Virus record (IMG/VR): IMGVR_UViG_3300028626_000002
Span: 32,001 to 96,000 of that record
Reading direction: 5' to 3' (one strand)
Source: a virus
Lineage: Duplodnaviria > Caudoviricetes
DNA length: 64,000 nt
A program made the translations under genes and the position numbers. Of this stretch, positions 29,904 to 37,719 are shown piece by piece. The notes beneath the pieces were generated by a model, which saw only the letters and a program-made list of their open reading frames with translations, searched no databases and had not been told where the DNA came from. The stretch's first letter is position 1, and every line of letters starts with the position of its first letter.

Positions 29904-31678
29904 TGGCCAACAAGACGCTGTTCAAGTCCACGAGTAGCAAGCGTCCCCCCACGGACACGACCAACGAGGCCGGGGGCCGGGCATACAACAGGGACTCTCG
30001 CCTCGCGCTCGCGCAGCTCAGTGCAACCGGCTGCCTCGGCGGCACGTTCTACACGAGCCCCGAACAGGAGCTGGCGACCATCCTGGACCTCTGTGGCCAG
30101 AACTCCCCCGAGTTCGTGGCCAAGGCCGCCGTCTACGCCCGCAAGCGCGGGTTCATGAAGGACGCCCCCGCCCTGATGGTGGCGCACCTGGCGTCGCTGC
30201 AGACCGCGGAGGGCCGGAACGCCTTCACGCAGGCGTTCCCGCTCGTCATGGACAACGCGAAGATGGTCCGGAACTTCGTCCAGATCATCCGTTCCGGGCA
30301 GGCCGGCCGCAAGTCGTTCGGTTCCCGGCCCAAGAAGCTGATCCAGGCGTGGTTCAACAACATCCCGGACCACGCGCTGTTCAACTCCAGCATCGGGCAG
30401 GACCCGTCGCTGGGGGACATCATCAACCTGGTCCACCCGCTGCCCAAGACGGACTCCCGCCGGGCCTTGTACGGCTACCTGAAGGGCACCGAGGGCATCA
30501 CCCGGGAGGCGTTCGACCGGCTGCCGCAGGCCGAGCGGTTCAACCGGCATGGCGACCCGCGCTTCTACTTCTCCGACGACCTGCCGCCCCTGGTGCAGGC
30601 CTACGAGCAGCTGAAGCGCGGCGCGTGGGACGGCGAGCAGCTGCCGCGGGTCAACTTCCAGATGCTGACCTCGCTGAAGCTGTCGAAGGACCAGTGGGCC
30701 GAGGTGGCCATGACGATGTCGTGGTACGCCCTGCGGATGAACCTGAACACCCTGCTGCGGCATGGCGTGTTCGACATCCCGGGGATGACGCCGAAGATCG
30801 TCGCCCGGCTGACGGACCCGGAGGCCATCCGCAAGGCCAAGGCCTTCCCGTACCAGCTGCTGACCGCGTACCTCTACGCGGACGACAAGCTGCCGCGCGC
30901 GGTCAAGAACGCCCTGCAGGACGCCATGGAGGTGGCCTGCGAGAACGTCCCGCTCATCGGGAGCGGCCGCATCCTCATCTGCCCGGACGTGTCCGGGTCG
31001 ATGCGCGAGCCCATCACCGGCAAGCGGGACCAGGTGTCGAAGATCAACCGCATCCACGTGGCGGCGCTCATCGCCGCGGCGCTGATGCGGAAGAACCCGG
31101 ACGCGGACATCCTGCCGTTCGCCAACGACGTGCGCGGGGACATCCAGTTCAACCCCCGCGACAGCATCATGACGAACGCCCAGCGCGTCTACGACGCGGC
31201 CGCCGGCGGAACCCGCATGGCCGCGCCGCTGCTCCTGGCCAACCGGGAGCAGCGGAAGTACGAGGCGGTGGTCTTCGTCTCGGACAACGAGTCCTGGATG
31301 GACAGCGAGGGTCGGCACTACGGCCCCTGCGGGAAGCAGCTGTGGTCGAACCCCCTGTTCCAGCACCCGACCACCAAGGACTGGGGGGCGACGCAGACCC
31401 TGGAGGAGTGGAACACCTTCTCCCGGCGCAACCACGGCGCCAAGCTGGTGTGCGTCGACCTGACGCCGGACACCACCGTGCAGTGCATCGACCGGGCGGA
31501 CATCCTCAACGTCGGCGGCTTCTCCGACGCGGTGTTCGACGTCATCGACTCGTTCGCGAAGGGCGACCTGACCCCGGAGCACTGGGTGGGCGAGATCGAG
31601 CGCATCAACCTGCACCAGTTCGACCCGACCCCACACGAGGTGGGCCAGGTCGAGGAATCGGCCGAGCCGCTGGCCTAA
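29903..31678 (+). CDS. rsr: Ro60/Rsr TROVE-vWA RNA-binding protein (591 aa)
   Basis: NEAGG.AY, G.LGGTFY, ALRMNLNTL.RHG, FPYQL, MIDAS DVSGSM, SDNESW, VGGFSD.VF. Confidence 0.92.
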   Translation: MANKTLFKSTSSKRPPTDTTNEAGGRAYNRDSRLALAQLSATGCLGGTFYTSPEQELATILDLCGQNSPEFVAKAAVYARKRGFMKDAPALMVAHLASLQTAEGRNAFTQAFPLVMDNAKMVRNFVQIIRSGQAGRKSFGSRPKKLIQAWFNNIPDHALFNSSIGQDPSLGDIINLVHPLPKTDSRRALYGYLKGTEGITREAFDRLPQAERFNRHGDPRFYFSDDLPPLVQAYEQLKRGAWDGEQLPRVNFQMLTSLKLSKDQWAEVAMTMSWYALRMNLNTLLRHGVFDIPGMTPKIVARLTDPEAIRKAKAFPYQLLTAYLYADDKLPRAVKNALQDAMEVACENVPLIGSGRILICPDVSGSMREPITGKRDQVSKINRIHVAALIAAALMRKNPDADILPFANDVRGDIQFNPRDSIMTNAQRVYDAAAGGTRMAAPLLLANREQRKYEAVVFVSDNESWMDSEGRHYGPCGKQLWSNPLFQHPTTKDWGATQTLEEWNTFSRRNHGAKLVCVDLTPDTTVQCIDRADILNVGGFSDAVFDVIDSFAKGDLTPEHWVGEIERINLHQFDPTPHEVGQVEESAEPLA

Positions 31679-31774
31679 CCCACCAGCAGCTCAGTCACCC
31701 CGGCCCCGTGGCGCGTGCTCCCGCTCACGGGGCCGGGGAGTCCCCTCTCCCCATCCCTTCACCATGAGGACACT

Positions 31775-32287
31775 GTGAGCAGCGACTCGAAGTCCACCTT
31801 CGTTCAGGACCTCCGTACGAAGTTCGGCACGGAGCCGTTCACCGACAGCAAGGACCCCAAGAACGGCAGCATCCTGTACCTCCGGGTCGGCAAGGGCGCC
31901 GACACCTGGATCGTGACCGTCAACTACCAGCTCTACGCCCCCCGGAAGCCGCAGGGCAGCCACCTCGTCACGTACGGGGTGTCCGTCCGGAACCCCCGCG
32001 ACTCCTACCACCGCGAGTACGGCCAGGCTGTGGCGTGGATGCGTCGCAGGGAGGCGGACCGCACTTTCCTCAGCGGCCCCCGGCGGGCGTTCTGGGGCAA
32101 CATGACCCTCGAGGACGGCGTCGCGGAGGCCGGCCGCTCGGGCGTCACCAAGGCGGTCATCGCCAGGGTCACCAAGCACCTCTCCACGGACGAGTACGTG
32201 CCCATGCCGCTGCGGCTCGCCACGGTGGCGGCCACGCAGGACTGGGCCAACAGGCAGCAGGAGAAGGAGGAACACGCGCATGCTTGA
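31775..32287 (+). CDS. Hypothetical protein
   Basis: GAGGA RBS + GTG; codon usage. Confidence 0.55.
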   Translation: MSSDSKSTFVQDLRTKFGTEPFTDSKDPKNGSILYLRVGKGADTWIVTVNYQLYAPRKPQGSHLVTYGVSVRNPRDSYHREYGQAVAWMRRREADRTFLSGPRRAFWGNMTLEDGVAEAGRSGVTKAVIARVTKHLSTDEYVPMPLRLATVAATQDWANRQQEKEEHAHA

Positions 32288-32768
32288 CCAGCTCCAGGAA
32301 CAGAACCTTCCCGGCACCGGCCCGCACTCCGGCGTGGGCAGCTACGAGGTCCGCGAGGCCCCCGTGGTCATCCCCGACCCCGATGGGGGCGAGGGCACCC
32401 CCGCCACCGTCCCGTACGTGGCCTTCCAGCCGGCCGTGGTCGTCACCGCGGGTCCCGCCGAGATCGCCGCCGCCGAGGGCAGGGACCTCGAGGGCACGGG
32501 CTCCGGGGTGGTCAGCGCCACGGCCCTCAGCGCCTCCCGCCCCGACCAGAACGCCGACTGCATCCCGCCCGAGGACCTGTTCAAGGCCGTGACCGAGGGC
32601 AATGGCGTGGACATCTACGTGCGCCAGCGCGGGGTCGTCCTGAAGTACCGGGTCGTCATCGACGAGCTCCCCGACGAGGGCATCACGTTCGGGGCCGTCG
32701 AGAACAACGGCACGCTCGACGAGATCGGCTACGCCAACTACGACGACCACCCCACCTCCATGGGGTAG
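32280..32768 (+). CDS. Hypothetical acidic protein
   Basis: RBS AGGAGG; overlaps previous stop. Confidence 0.55.
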   Translation: MLDQLQEQNLPGTGPHSGVGSYEVREAPVVIPDPDGGEGTPATVPYVAFQPAVVVTAGPAEIAAAEGRDLEGTGSGVVSATALSASRPDQNADCIPPEDLFKAVTEGNGVDIYVRQRGVVLKYRVVIDELPDEGITFGAVENNGTLDEIGYANYDDHPTSMG

Positions 32769-32786
32769 CGGTACAACGCAGGAAGT

Positions 32787-32797
32787 TGTGGTATAAC
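32787..32797 (+). promoter_or_regulatory. Putative promoter of the ncRNA array
   Basis: TGTGGTATAAC about 10 nt before the first Y-like unit; motif recurs in other intergenic gaps. Confidence 0.55.
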
Positions 32798-32807
32798 AAG
32801 CATGGAA

Positions 32808-32863
32808 GGCCGAATGCTCGCCGGGTCTACAGGCGATGAAGACTCGGCACCAGGTCGTCGGCC
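32808..32863 (+). ncRNA. Y RNA-like unit 1 (minimal)
   Basis: GGCCGAATGC...TCGTCGGCC terminal stem; inner stem GCCGGGTC/GACTCGGC. Confidence 0.7.
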
Positions 32864-32940
32864 AGCCCACACGGGGGACAAGAGAGCCCGGAGGAGGAAA
32901 CTCCTACCGGGACCCCCCGCGGGGCAAGCTCCTTGACAAT

Positions 32941-33307
32941 GGGGGTGACCCGGTTTCGACAGGGCGAAGCAGACATGCAGCAGCGCGCCGTGGTTGGTCA
33001 GCAGGCCACGTAAAAAGCCGACCAGAGCAAACTGCCAACTTCAACACCTTCACCGAGGACTCGCTCTTCGGTGGCAAGCTGAAGCCCCTGGCCGCGGTCG
33101 AGGGATTCGTCCCGACGACCAACGCCTCGCAGTTCGCCTACGCCTGACGGTTCATCCGCTGGCGGGTTGCTGGACCTGAAAACCAGCTGGGCACGCAGCC
33201 CCGAGTAGAGCTGCAGAGTGCCACGTCCTCACCATGACGTGGCTACGCACGTAGACGCTGTATCAAGCACGTTCTGGACTGGGGTTCGACTCCCCACACC
33301 TCCACCA
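32941..33307 (+). ncRNA. ssrA: tmRNA; tag ANFNTFTEDSLFGGKLKPLAAVEGFVPTTNASQFAYA* at 33034-33147
   Basis: 5' GGGGGTG pairs with 3' CACCTCC-A-CCA including G3:U70; GGTTTCGAC 5' motif; T arm GGGG-TTCGACT-CCCC; resume context AAACT|GCC. Confidence 0.93.
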
Positions 33308-33523
33308 TGCCGGTGCCCGTTGGCAGAACCCCGGGTTTCGCAACCAGGGGGATGGCGGGAAGCGACACCGGCAGCTGCACGCGTCGTTGGCAATGTCTCC
33401 GGGGCACCGGGGTTCGCCGCAAGGCCGACCCCACCGCCCCGGGGCATGCAGCACGACTCTTTACGGCTTGACAGCCGGCAGCAACCGTGGCACCTTCAGC
33501 GTGTCACTGGCTCTTTGCAACGT

Positions 33524-33588
33524 GCCTGGCCGAATGCCTAGCGGGGGTACTACCATTCACGTTCCCTCGCGCCTCATCGTCGGCCGGC
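33524..33588 (+). ncRNA. Y RNA-like unit 2 (minimal)
   Basis: GGCCGAATGC...TCGTCGGCC; inner stem GCGGGGGTAC/GTTCCCTCGC. Confidence 0.75.
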
Positions 33589-33598
33589 TTGAATCGTT

Positions 33599-33711
33599 CC
33601 GCTGAATGTCGTGAGCGGCTACTGGGCGGGCCTCAGAAGCGAGGGTCAAGGTCGGTTGGAATCCGACCCCATTCACCCGAAAGGGTTGGCCGGCACCATT
33701 ATCGTCAGCGG
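33599..33711 (+). ncRNA. Y RNA-like unit 3 with T-arm-like hairpin
   Basis: CCGCTGAATGT...TCGTCAGCGG; GTCGG-TTGGAAT-CCGAC. Confidence 0.65.
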
Positions 33712-33743
33712 GTCCTCGTTCGTTGACAACCAGTCGCAGACGC

Positions 33744-33880
33744 ACCTGACCGAATGCCTGTTGGGGGTACTTCCACTGCTAATGGAGAGGTCGCAGGTTC
33801 AAGTCCTGCCGTCCGGCTCGCCGGGCGTAGCTCAGCTGGGAGAGCGCTTACGTTCCCTCGACGATATTCGTCGGTCAGGT
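33744..33880 (+). ncRNA. YrlA-like Y RNA unit 4 (permuted tRNA mimic with GCT anticodon arm)
   Basis: ACCTGACCGAATGC...TCGTCGGTCAGGT; TTCCA-CTGCTAA-TGGAG, T arm, loop-closed acceptor stem, then D arm. Confidence 0.85.
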
Positions 33881-33891
33881 TCTACTCGCAT

Positions 33892-34029
33892 CGGGTCGAA
33901 TGCACGTGAGGAGTACATGAGGGCACCGCAGGTCGTGGGTTCAAATCCCACCTCCCCGCCTTCGTACGGGGGGTAGCTCAGCCTGGGAGAGCATCGGTAT
34001 TGAGCTCTTCGCACCCCATCGTCGACCCG
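33892..34029 (+). ncRNA. YrlA-like Y RNA unit 5
   Basis: CGGGTCGAATGC...TCGTCGACCCG; T arm GTGGG-TTCAAAT-CCCAC, closed acceptor, D arm TAGCTCAGCCTGGGAGAGC. Confidence 0.85.
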
Positions 34030-34043
34030 GTTCTTCTGTCACA

Positions 34044-34206
34044 CGTGCCGAATGCCTGCCGGGGTTACTTCAACAGCGCTACCAGGTCCGAATCCTGGGT
34101 CGGCGCCGCAAGGGGCCGTCGAGAGTGTGGATTGGCAGACACCTCCCGCCTTGCCGCAAGGCGACGGGGGCACCCAAGAAAGTCCCCAGCACCAATGGTC
34201 GGCACG
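34044..34206 (+). ncRNA. YrlA-like Y RNA unit 6 (class II-type D arm, extra hairpin)
   Basis: CGTGCCGAATGC...GGTCGGCACG; CCAGG-TCCGAAT-CCTGG; GTGT-GGATTGGCAG-ACAC. Confidence 0.75.
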
Positions 34207-34214
34207 GTTCTCGT

Positions 34215-34349
34215 TGACCAGATGCCCGCTCGGACTACATCACGCGCCGGAGATAGGGGAGCAGCGTCCCCTGCGCCATTCGTGGCGTTCGACCAAAGCA
34301 GGTCGCCGGGCCCGCAAGGGCTACCTCCGAACGAACGAATCGCTGGTCA
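34215..34349 (+). ncRNA. Y RNA-like unit 7 (four-hairpin module)
   Basis: TGACCAGATGC...TCGCTGGTCA enclosing four short hairpins. Confidence 0.65.
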
Positions 34350-34360
34350 TGCGCAACGTC

Positions 34361-34504
34361 ACGAGTCAGATGCCCGTAGGGAGTACACTGAAAATTCTTG
34401 GGCCGCAGGTTCAAATCCTGCCCTCTCCACTCACGGAGAGGTAGCTCAGTTGGTAGAGCAAAGAAGCCGAAAGGCTGCACTCTCTGCACCCTTCGCTGAC
34501 TCGT
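34361..34504 (+). ncRNA. YrlA-like Y RNA unit 8 (tRNA-Phe-like permuted mimic)
   Basis: ACGAGTCAGATGC...TCGCTGACTCGT; CTGAAAA-TTCTT, T arm, closed acceptor, D arm, AAGAA. Confidence 0.85.
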
Positions 34505-34543
34505 CTACTCGCGGGCTGAGCTAGTCAGCCCCTCGCTCGTGTC

Positions 34544-34619
34544 CTTGGTCGAATGCCTCGCGGGTGTACATCAGATTCTGGATCTGACCCAAGTCACTCG
34601 CACTTCGTCGTCGACCAAG
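34544..34619 (+). ncRNA. Y RNA-like unit 9 (lone anticodon-like hairpin, CTG)
   Basis: CTTGGTCGAATGC...TCGTCGACCAAG; TCAGA-TTCTGGA-TCTGA. Confidence 0.75.
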
Positions 34620-34718
34620 CTCAGCTACCCGTGTCCCGCGTCTGCGGCAGGTCCACGCGTCACCATCATCGCCGTTCGCCATGGCTGAACCCACCAACAT
34701 CAACAGGAGCAGGTACAC

Positions 34719-34931
34719 ATGAACGTCCGCATCTTCCGCCTGGGTGGCTCCGGTGCCCGCCAGATCGAGCTGTCCGCCGGCGCCACCGTCGCCGACGCCG
34801 CGCAGGCCGCCGACCTGCCCACCTCCGGCCACACGATCTCCGTGAACGGCCTGGGCGCCGCCCTGAACACCGCCCTGTCGGACGGGGACACGGTCTCCCT
34901 GGTCCCGAAGGTCGAGGCCGGCTCCCTGTAG
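34719..34931 (+). CDS. Ubiquitin-like beta-grasp protein (ThiS/MoaD-like), ends EAG-SL
   Basis: 70 aa; RBS AGGAG; GATVAD, VNG, L.DGD.V.LVP.V.AG. Confidence 0.85.
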   Translation: MNVRIFRLGGSGARQIELSAGATVADAAQAADLPTSGHTISVNGLGAALNTALSDGDTVSLVPKVEAGSL

Positions 34932-34996
34932 CCGCCGCGCCGCGTCCGTCCCCCTGCCTAGCACAGGGCGGGGGGACGGACGTCAAGGAGACCTGC

Positions 34997-36613
34997 ATGG
35001 GCATGTTGCGTAACACCCTGATCAAGCACCCCGGTCTCAGGGCCCAGATGGAATTTCTGGCGGCTCAGCACGGCATCGACATCGAGTTCGTCACCCACGC
35101 GTCCCCCCAGGAAGTCAAGGTCGTTCGTCCGCCGAAGCACGTCGTCGTTCTGTCGTTCGGCAACGACAGCAGCACCCGCGGGTTTAGCGCACTGTACGAC
35201 AAGGAGCGGCTGACGTACGTCGGCCCCTGGAGCGGGTACGGCTCGTACTGCCCCGGGTGCACCTCCGGTATTCCCATCACCGTCCCGGCGGCCGCCGGCG
35301 GCACCAAGACCGTCGGTCTCCGGGTGGGCAACGTCATCTACCTGTACTTCTCCCTCGAGCAGCTGTTCGAGCATGGCACGTCGCTGGCGTGGCAGCCCGA
35401 GGACGCAGGCGGGTACGGCCTCGAGTACGTCGACGGCCTGGGGTACGGCCGGTGGGTGACTGGGGGCGATTCCGTCGCGCTGGTCCGCAAGCTCTTCAAC
35501 GACATCTTCGACAAGCACATGCCGGAAGCGGCGAAGGCCGTCCTGGAGTTCAACTGGGACATCGAGCGGGCGGACTTCGTCACCCGCCAGGCGAGGTTCT
35601 TCGCCACCGTGTTCGAGAAGTGGTCGTCGCGTCTCTCGCAGGTCGAGCAGGAGAAGTGGAACGCCGGCGAGCACCTGCGGACGCTCTGTCGAGAGGAAGC
35701 GCATCTGCGGGCATCCTGCGAGGGCTGGGAGGCCGCCGCGCCCGCCCGGAAGAAGCAGGCGGAGGACGCGTTCGACACGTACATCTCGTACGTCAAGAAC
35801 GGCGTCATCAGCGACGCCCAGTGGGCGGGGTCTACGTTCTCGTTCGTGGTCAACCCGCTGAACGTGGGCGGCGACCACGAGTACGCCACGGAGATGGGGC
35901 CGTGGAGGGTCTCGCTGGACTTCAACACGTGCGCCTGCAGCATCAGCAAGATGGACCACACCGTCCTGTCGTCGTCGGGCTTCTGGCACCCGCACATCAA
36001 CCTGAGCGGGCGCCTCTGCATGGGCAACGCCGACGCGCTGCTGCACGAGGCCGTGGGTCGCTCGGACCTGGTCGGGGCCATCGCCGTCATCCTCGAGTTC
36101 CTGCAGGGGTACAACGAGGACTCCCCGTACTGCCGTATCGAGCAGTGGAACCCCGACTACTCCGATGACGACGACCACGAGAGCTGCTACGAGAACTCGA
36201 GCCCCCATGACTGTGTGTGCTGCTACCGGGACTGCGGGTACCGCGATGACGCCGAGTCGCGGTGCTGGGACTACCACGAGGACACTCCCAAGGACTGCAT
36301 CCGCTGCCGCGACTGCGACTACGTCGACACCGCGGAAGAGAACTGTCACCGTGACCAGGTGAATTGCGGGTACGCCTGGAAGTGCGTGGGCGAGTGCGAG
36401 CTCAGCCGCTGCGCGTACTACCAGGACAGCGACAGCTGCTACGATTCCCACGAAGGCGCCGAATGCACGGACTGCTGCGTGGGCAGCGACTGCAGGCGCT
36501 ACGTGGACTCCGAGGCCGCCGAGGAGCCCGAAGAGGCCCCCGTGGAGCAGGCGGCGGAGCAGATGACACCCGTCGGCGAGGCCGTCCCCGAGACGGTGGA
36601 GGAGACCGCATGA
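34997..36613 (+). CDS. Prokaryotic E2-like protein with N-terminal domain, coiled coil and Cys-rich tail
   Basis: HPHI-x5-LC motif (His 35987, Cys 36017) followed by helix and YN..SPY; operon context. Confidence 0.7.
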   Translation: MGMLRNTLIKHPGLRAQMEFLAAQHGIDIEFVTHASPQEVKVVRPPKHVVVLSFGNDSSTRGFSALYDKERLTYVGPWSGYGSYCPGCTSGIPITVPAAAGGTKTVGLRVGNVIYLYFSLEQLFEHGTSLAWQPEDAGGYGLEYVDGLGYGRWVTGGDSVALVRKLFNDIFDKHMPEAAKAVLEFNWDIERADFVTRQARFFATVFEKWSSRLSQVEQEKWNAGEHLRTLCREEAHLRASCEGWEAAAPARKKQAEDAFDTYISYVKNGVISDAQWAGSTFSFVVNPLNVGGDHEYATEMGPWRVSLDFNTCACSISKMDHTVLSSSGFWHPHINLSGRLCMGNADALLHEAVGRSDLVGAIAVILEFLQGYNEDSPYCRIEQWNPDYSDDDDHESCYENSSPHDCVCCYRDCGYRDDAESRCWDYHEDTPKDCIRCRDCDYVDTAEENCHRDQVNCGYAWKCVGECELSRCAYYQDSDSCYDSHEGAECTDCCVGSDCRRYVDSEAAEEPEEAPVEQAAEQMTPVGEAVPETVEETA

Positions 36614-37719
36614 AGGCCGTCAGCAACGGCACTGTCCGGGTGAAGATCCTGGACCGCGAGTACCGCAAGCTCGACGCCTGGGCCCGCCTCGCCACCGGCG
36701 AGATTTCGGCCCTGGGCATGGTCGAGCTGGAGAGCGATGGTCCCCTGATCACCAGCCTCTTCATGCCCCGGCAGGTCTGCACGGGAGCCAGCAGCGACAT
36801 GAACCAGGAGGACGTGGGCGCCTACCTCTGCGAGCTGATGGCGCGCGGGGAGGAGGGCAAGCTCCGCGCCTGGGTCCACAGCCACGGTGACCTGGGGGTT
36901 TTCTGGTCCGGCACCGACCAGAACACCATCAAGGACCTGGGCAGCGATCCGTACCTGGTCTCCGTCGTCGTCAACCGTAAGGGCGAGTACAAGGCCCGCA
37001 TCGACATCAACAGCCCGTTCAAGGTCACGATGGAGGACCTGAGCCTCGTGGTGGTGTACCGGGCGGACAAGGACCTCGAGGACGAGTGCAGGGCGGAGCT
37101 GGCCGCGAAGGTCACCTCCCCGGCGCCCAGCAGCACGCTCGGACGCTTCTCCGACCGGTTCGCCGGCTTCCGGGACCCGCGCATGTCCTTCGGCCAGGGG
37201 TGGCCCCGGGACAAGGATGACGACCGCCCTTTCGCGGGAAGCGCGGCAAGCAGCGACGCGGGGGCCGCGGCCGCGCGGAGCGAGGCGACCCCGGACGTCC
37301 ATGACGAGGGGGAGGAGTCCTCCCTCGACTCGTACACGGCCCTGGAGCAGCGCTACGGGTACCTCTACGATCTCGAGGACCTCGTCGAGTTCGCACACCG
37401 CGCCGGAGGCGACCTGACCCTGTACACCGCGACGGGGTTCAAGGGCGAGGCCGTCACCTTCCGCACCGAGAGCGAGCTGGACAAGGCCCACGAGATCGGC
37501 ATGATGGACTCCCTGGCCTACGAGGTGTACTACCGGGCCCTCAACGAGTTCCGCGACCTGACCCTCCGGGGGCTGGAGGAGGCCATCGACGCGGCCTGGA
37601 CGCGGTACGACATCGACGACCCGAACAGCGGCAGGCGGCTGGAGGACGAGGACGAGGACGAGGACGAGGACCCGACGCCCCCCTCGGCGGAGGACCTGCA
37701 GGAGGCGTACACGGGATGA
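36610..37719 (+). CDS. JAB/MPN metallo-isopeptidase with acidic extension
   Basis: N-terminal Glu (GEISALG); HSH-x7-S-x2-D (WVHSHGDLGVFWSGTD). Confidence 0.85.
   Translation: MKAVSNGTVRVKILDREYRKLDAWARLATGEISALGMVELESDGPLITSLFMPRQVCTGASSDMNQEDVGAYLCELMARGEEGKLRAWVHSHGDLGVFWSGTDQNTIKDLGSDPYLVSVVVNRKGEYKARIDINSPFKVTMEDLSLVVVYRADKDLEDECRAELAAKVTSPAPSSTLGRFSDRFAGFRDPRMSFGQGWPRDKDDDRPFAGSAASSDAGAAAARSEATPDVHDEGEESSLDSYTALEQRYGYLYDLEDLVEFAHRAGGDLTLYTATGFKGEAVTFRTESELDKAHEIGMMDSLAYEVYYRALNEFRDLTLRGLEEAIDAAWTRYDIDDPNSGRRLEDEDEDEDEDPTPPSAEDLQEAYTG

Noticed and set aside
29360-29910. Group I intron interrupting Ro60
   Set aside because: Only about 45 nt of non-coding sequence, too little for a ribozyme core, and the downstream gene has its own complete start
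33780-34470. Canonical tRNA genes suggested by GGTTCAAATCC and TAGCTCAG motifs
   Set aside because: The T arm precedes the D arm within each unit, acceptor stems are loop-closed and there is no CCA end; better explained as YrlA-type mimics
32800-34620. CRISPR array (recurring GAATGC motif, Cas7-like and Cas4-like genes in window)
   Set aside because: No identical direct repeats or regular spacing; conservation is structural
32836-34700. Protein-coding ORFs listed across the ncRNA tract
   Set aside because: No RBS or codon bias; they overlap tmRNA and Y structures. Only the tag frame is credible
37645-37671. GAGGAC repeats in the JAB gene and GAGCCC/GAGCCG repeats near 24900 and 25250
   Set aside because: Ordinary low-complexity ED and EP linkers
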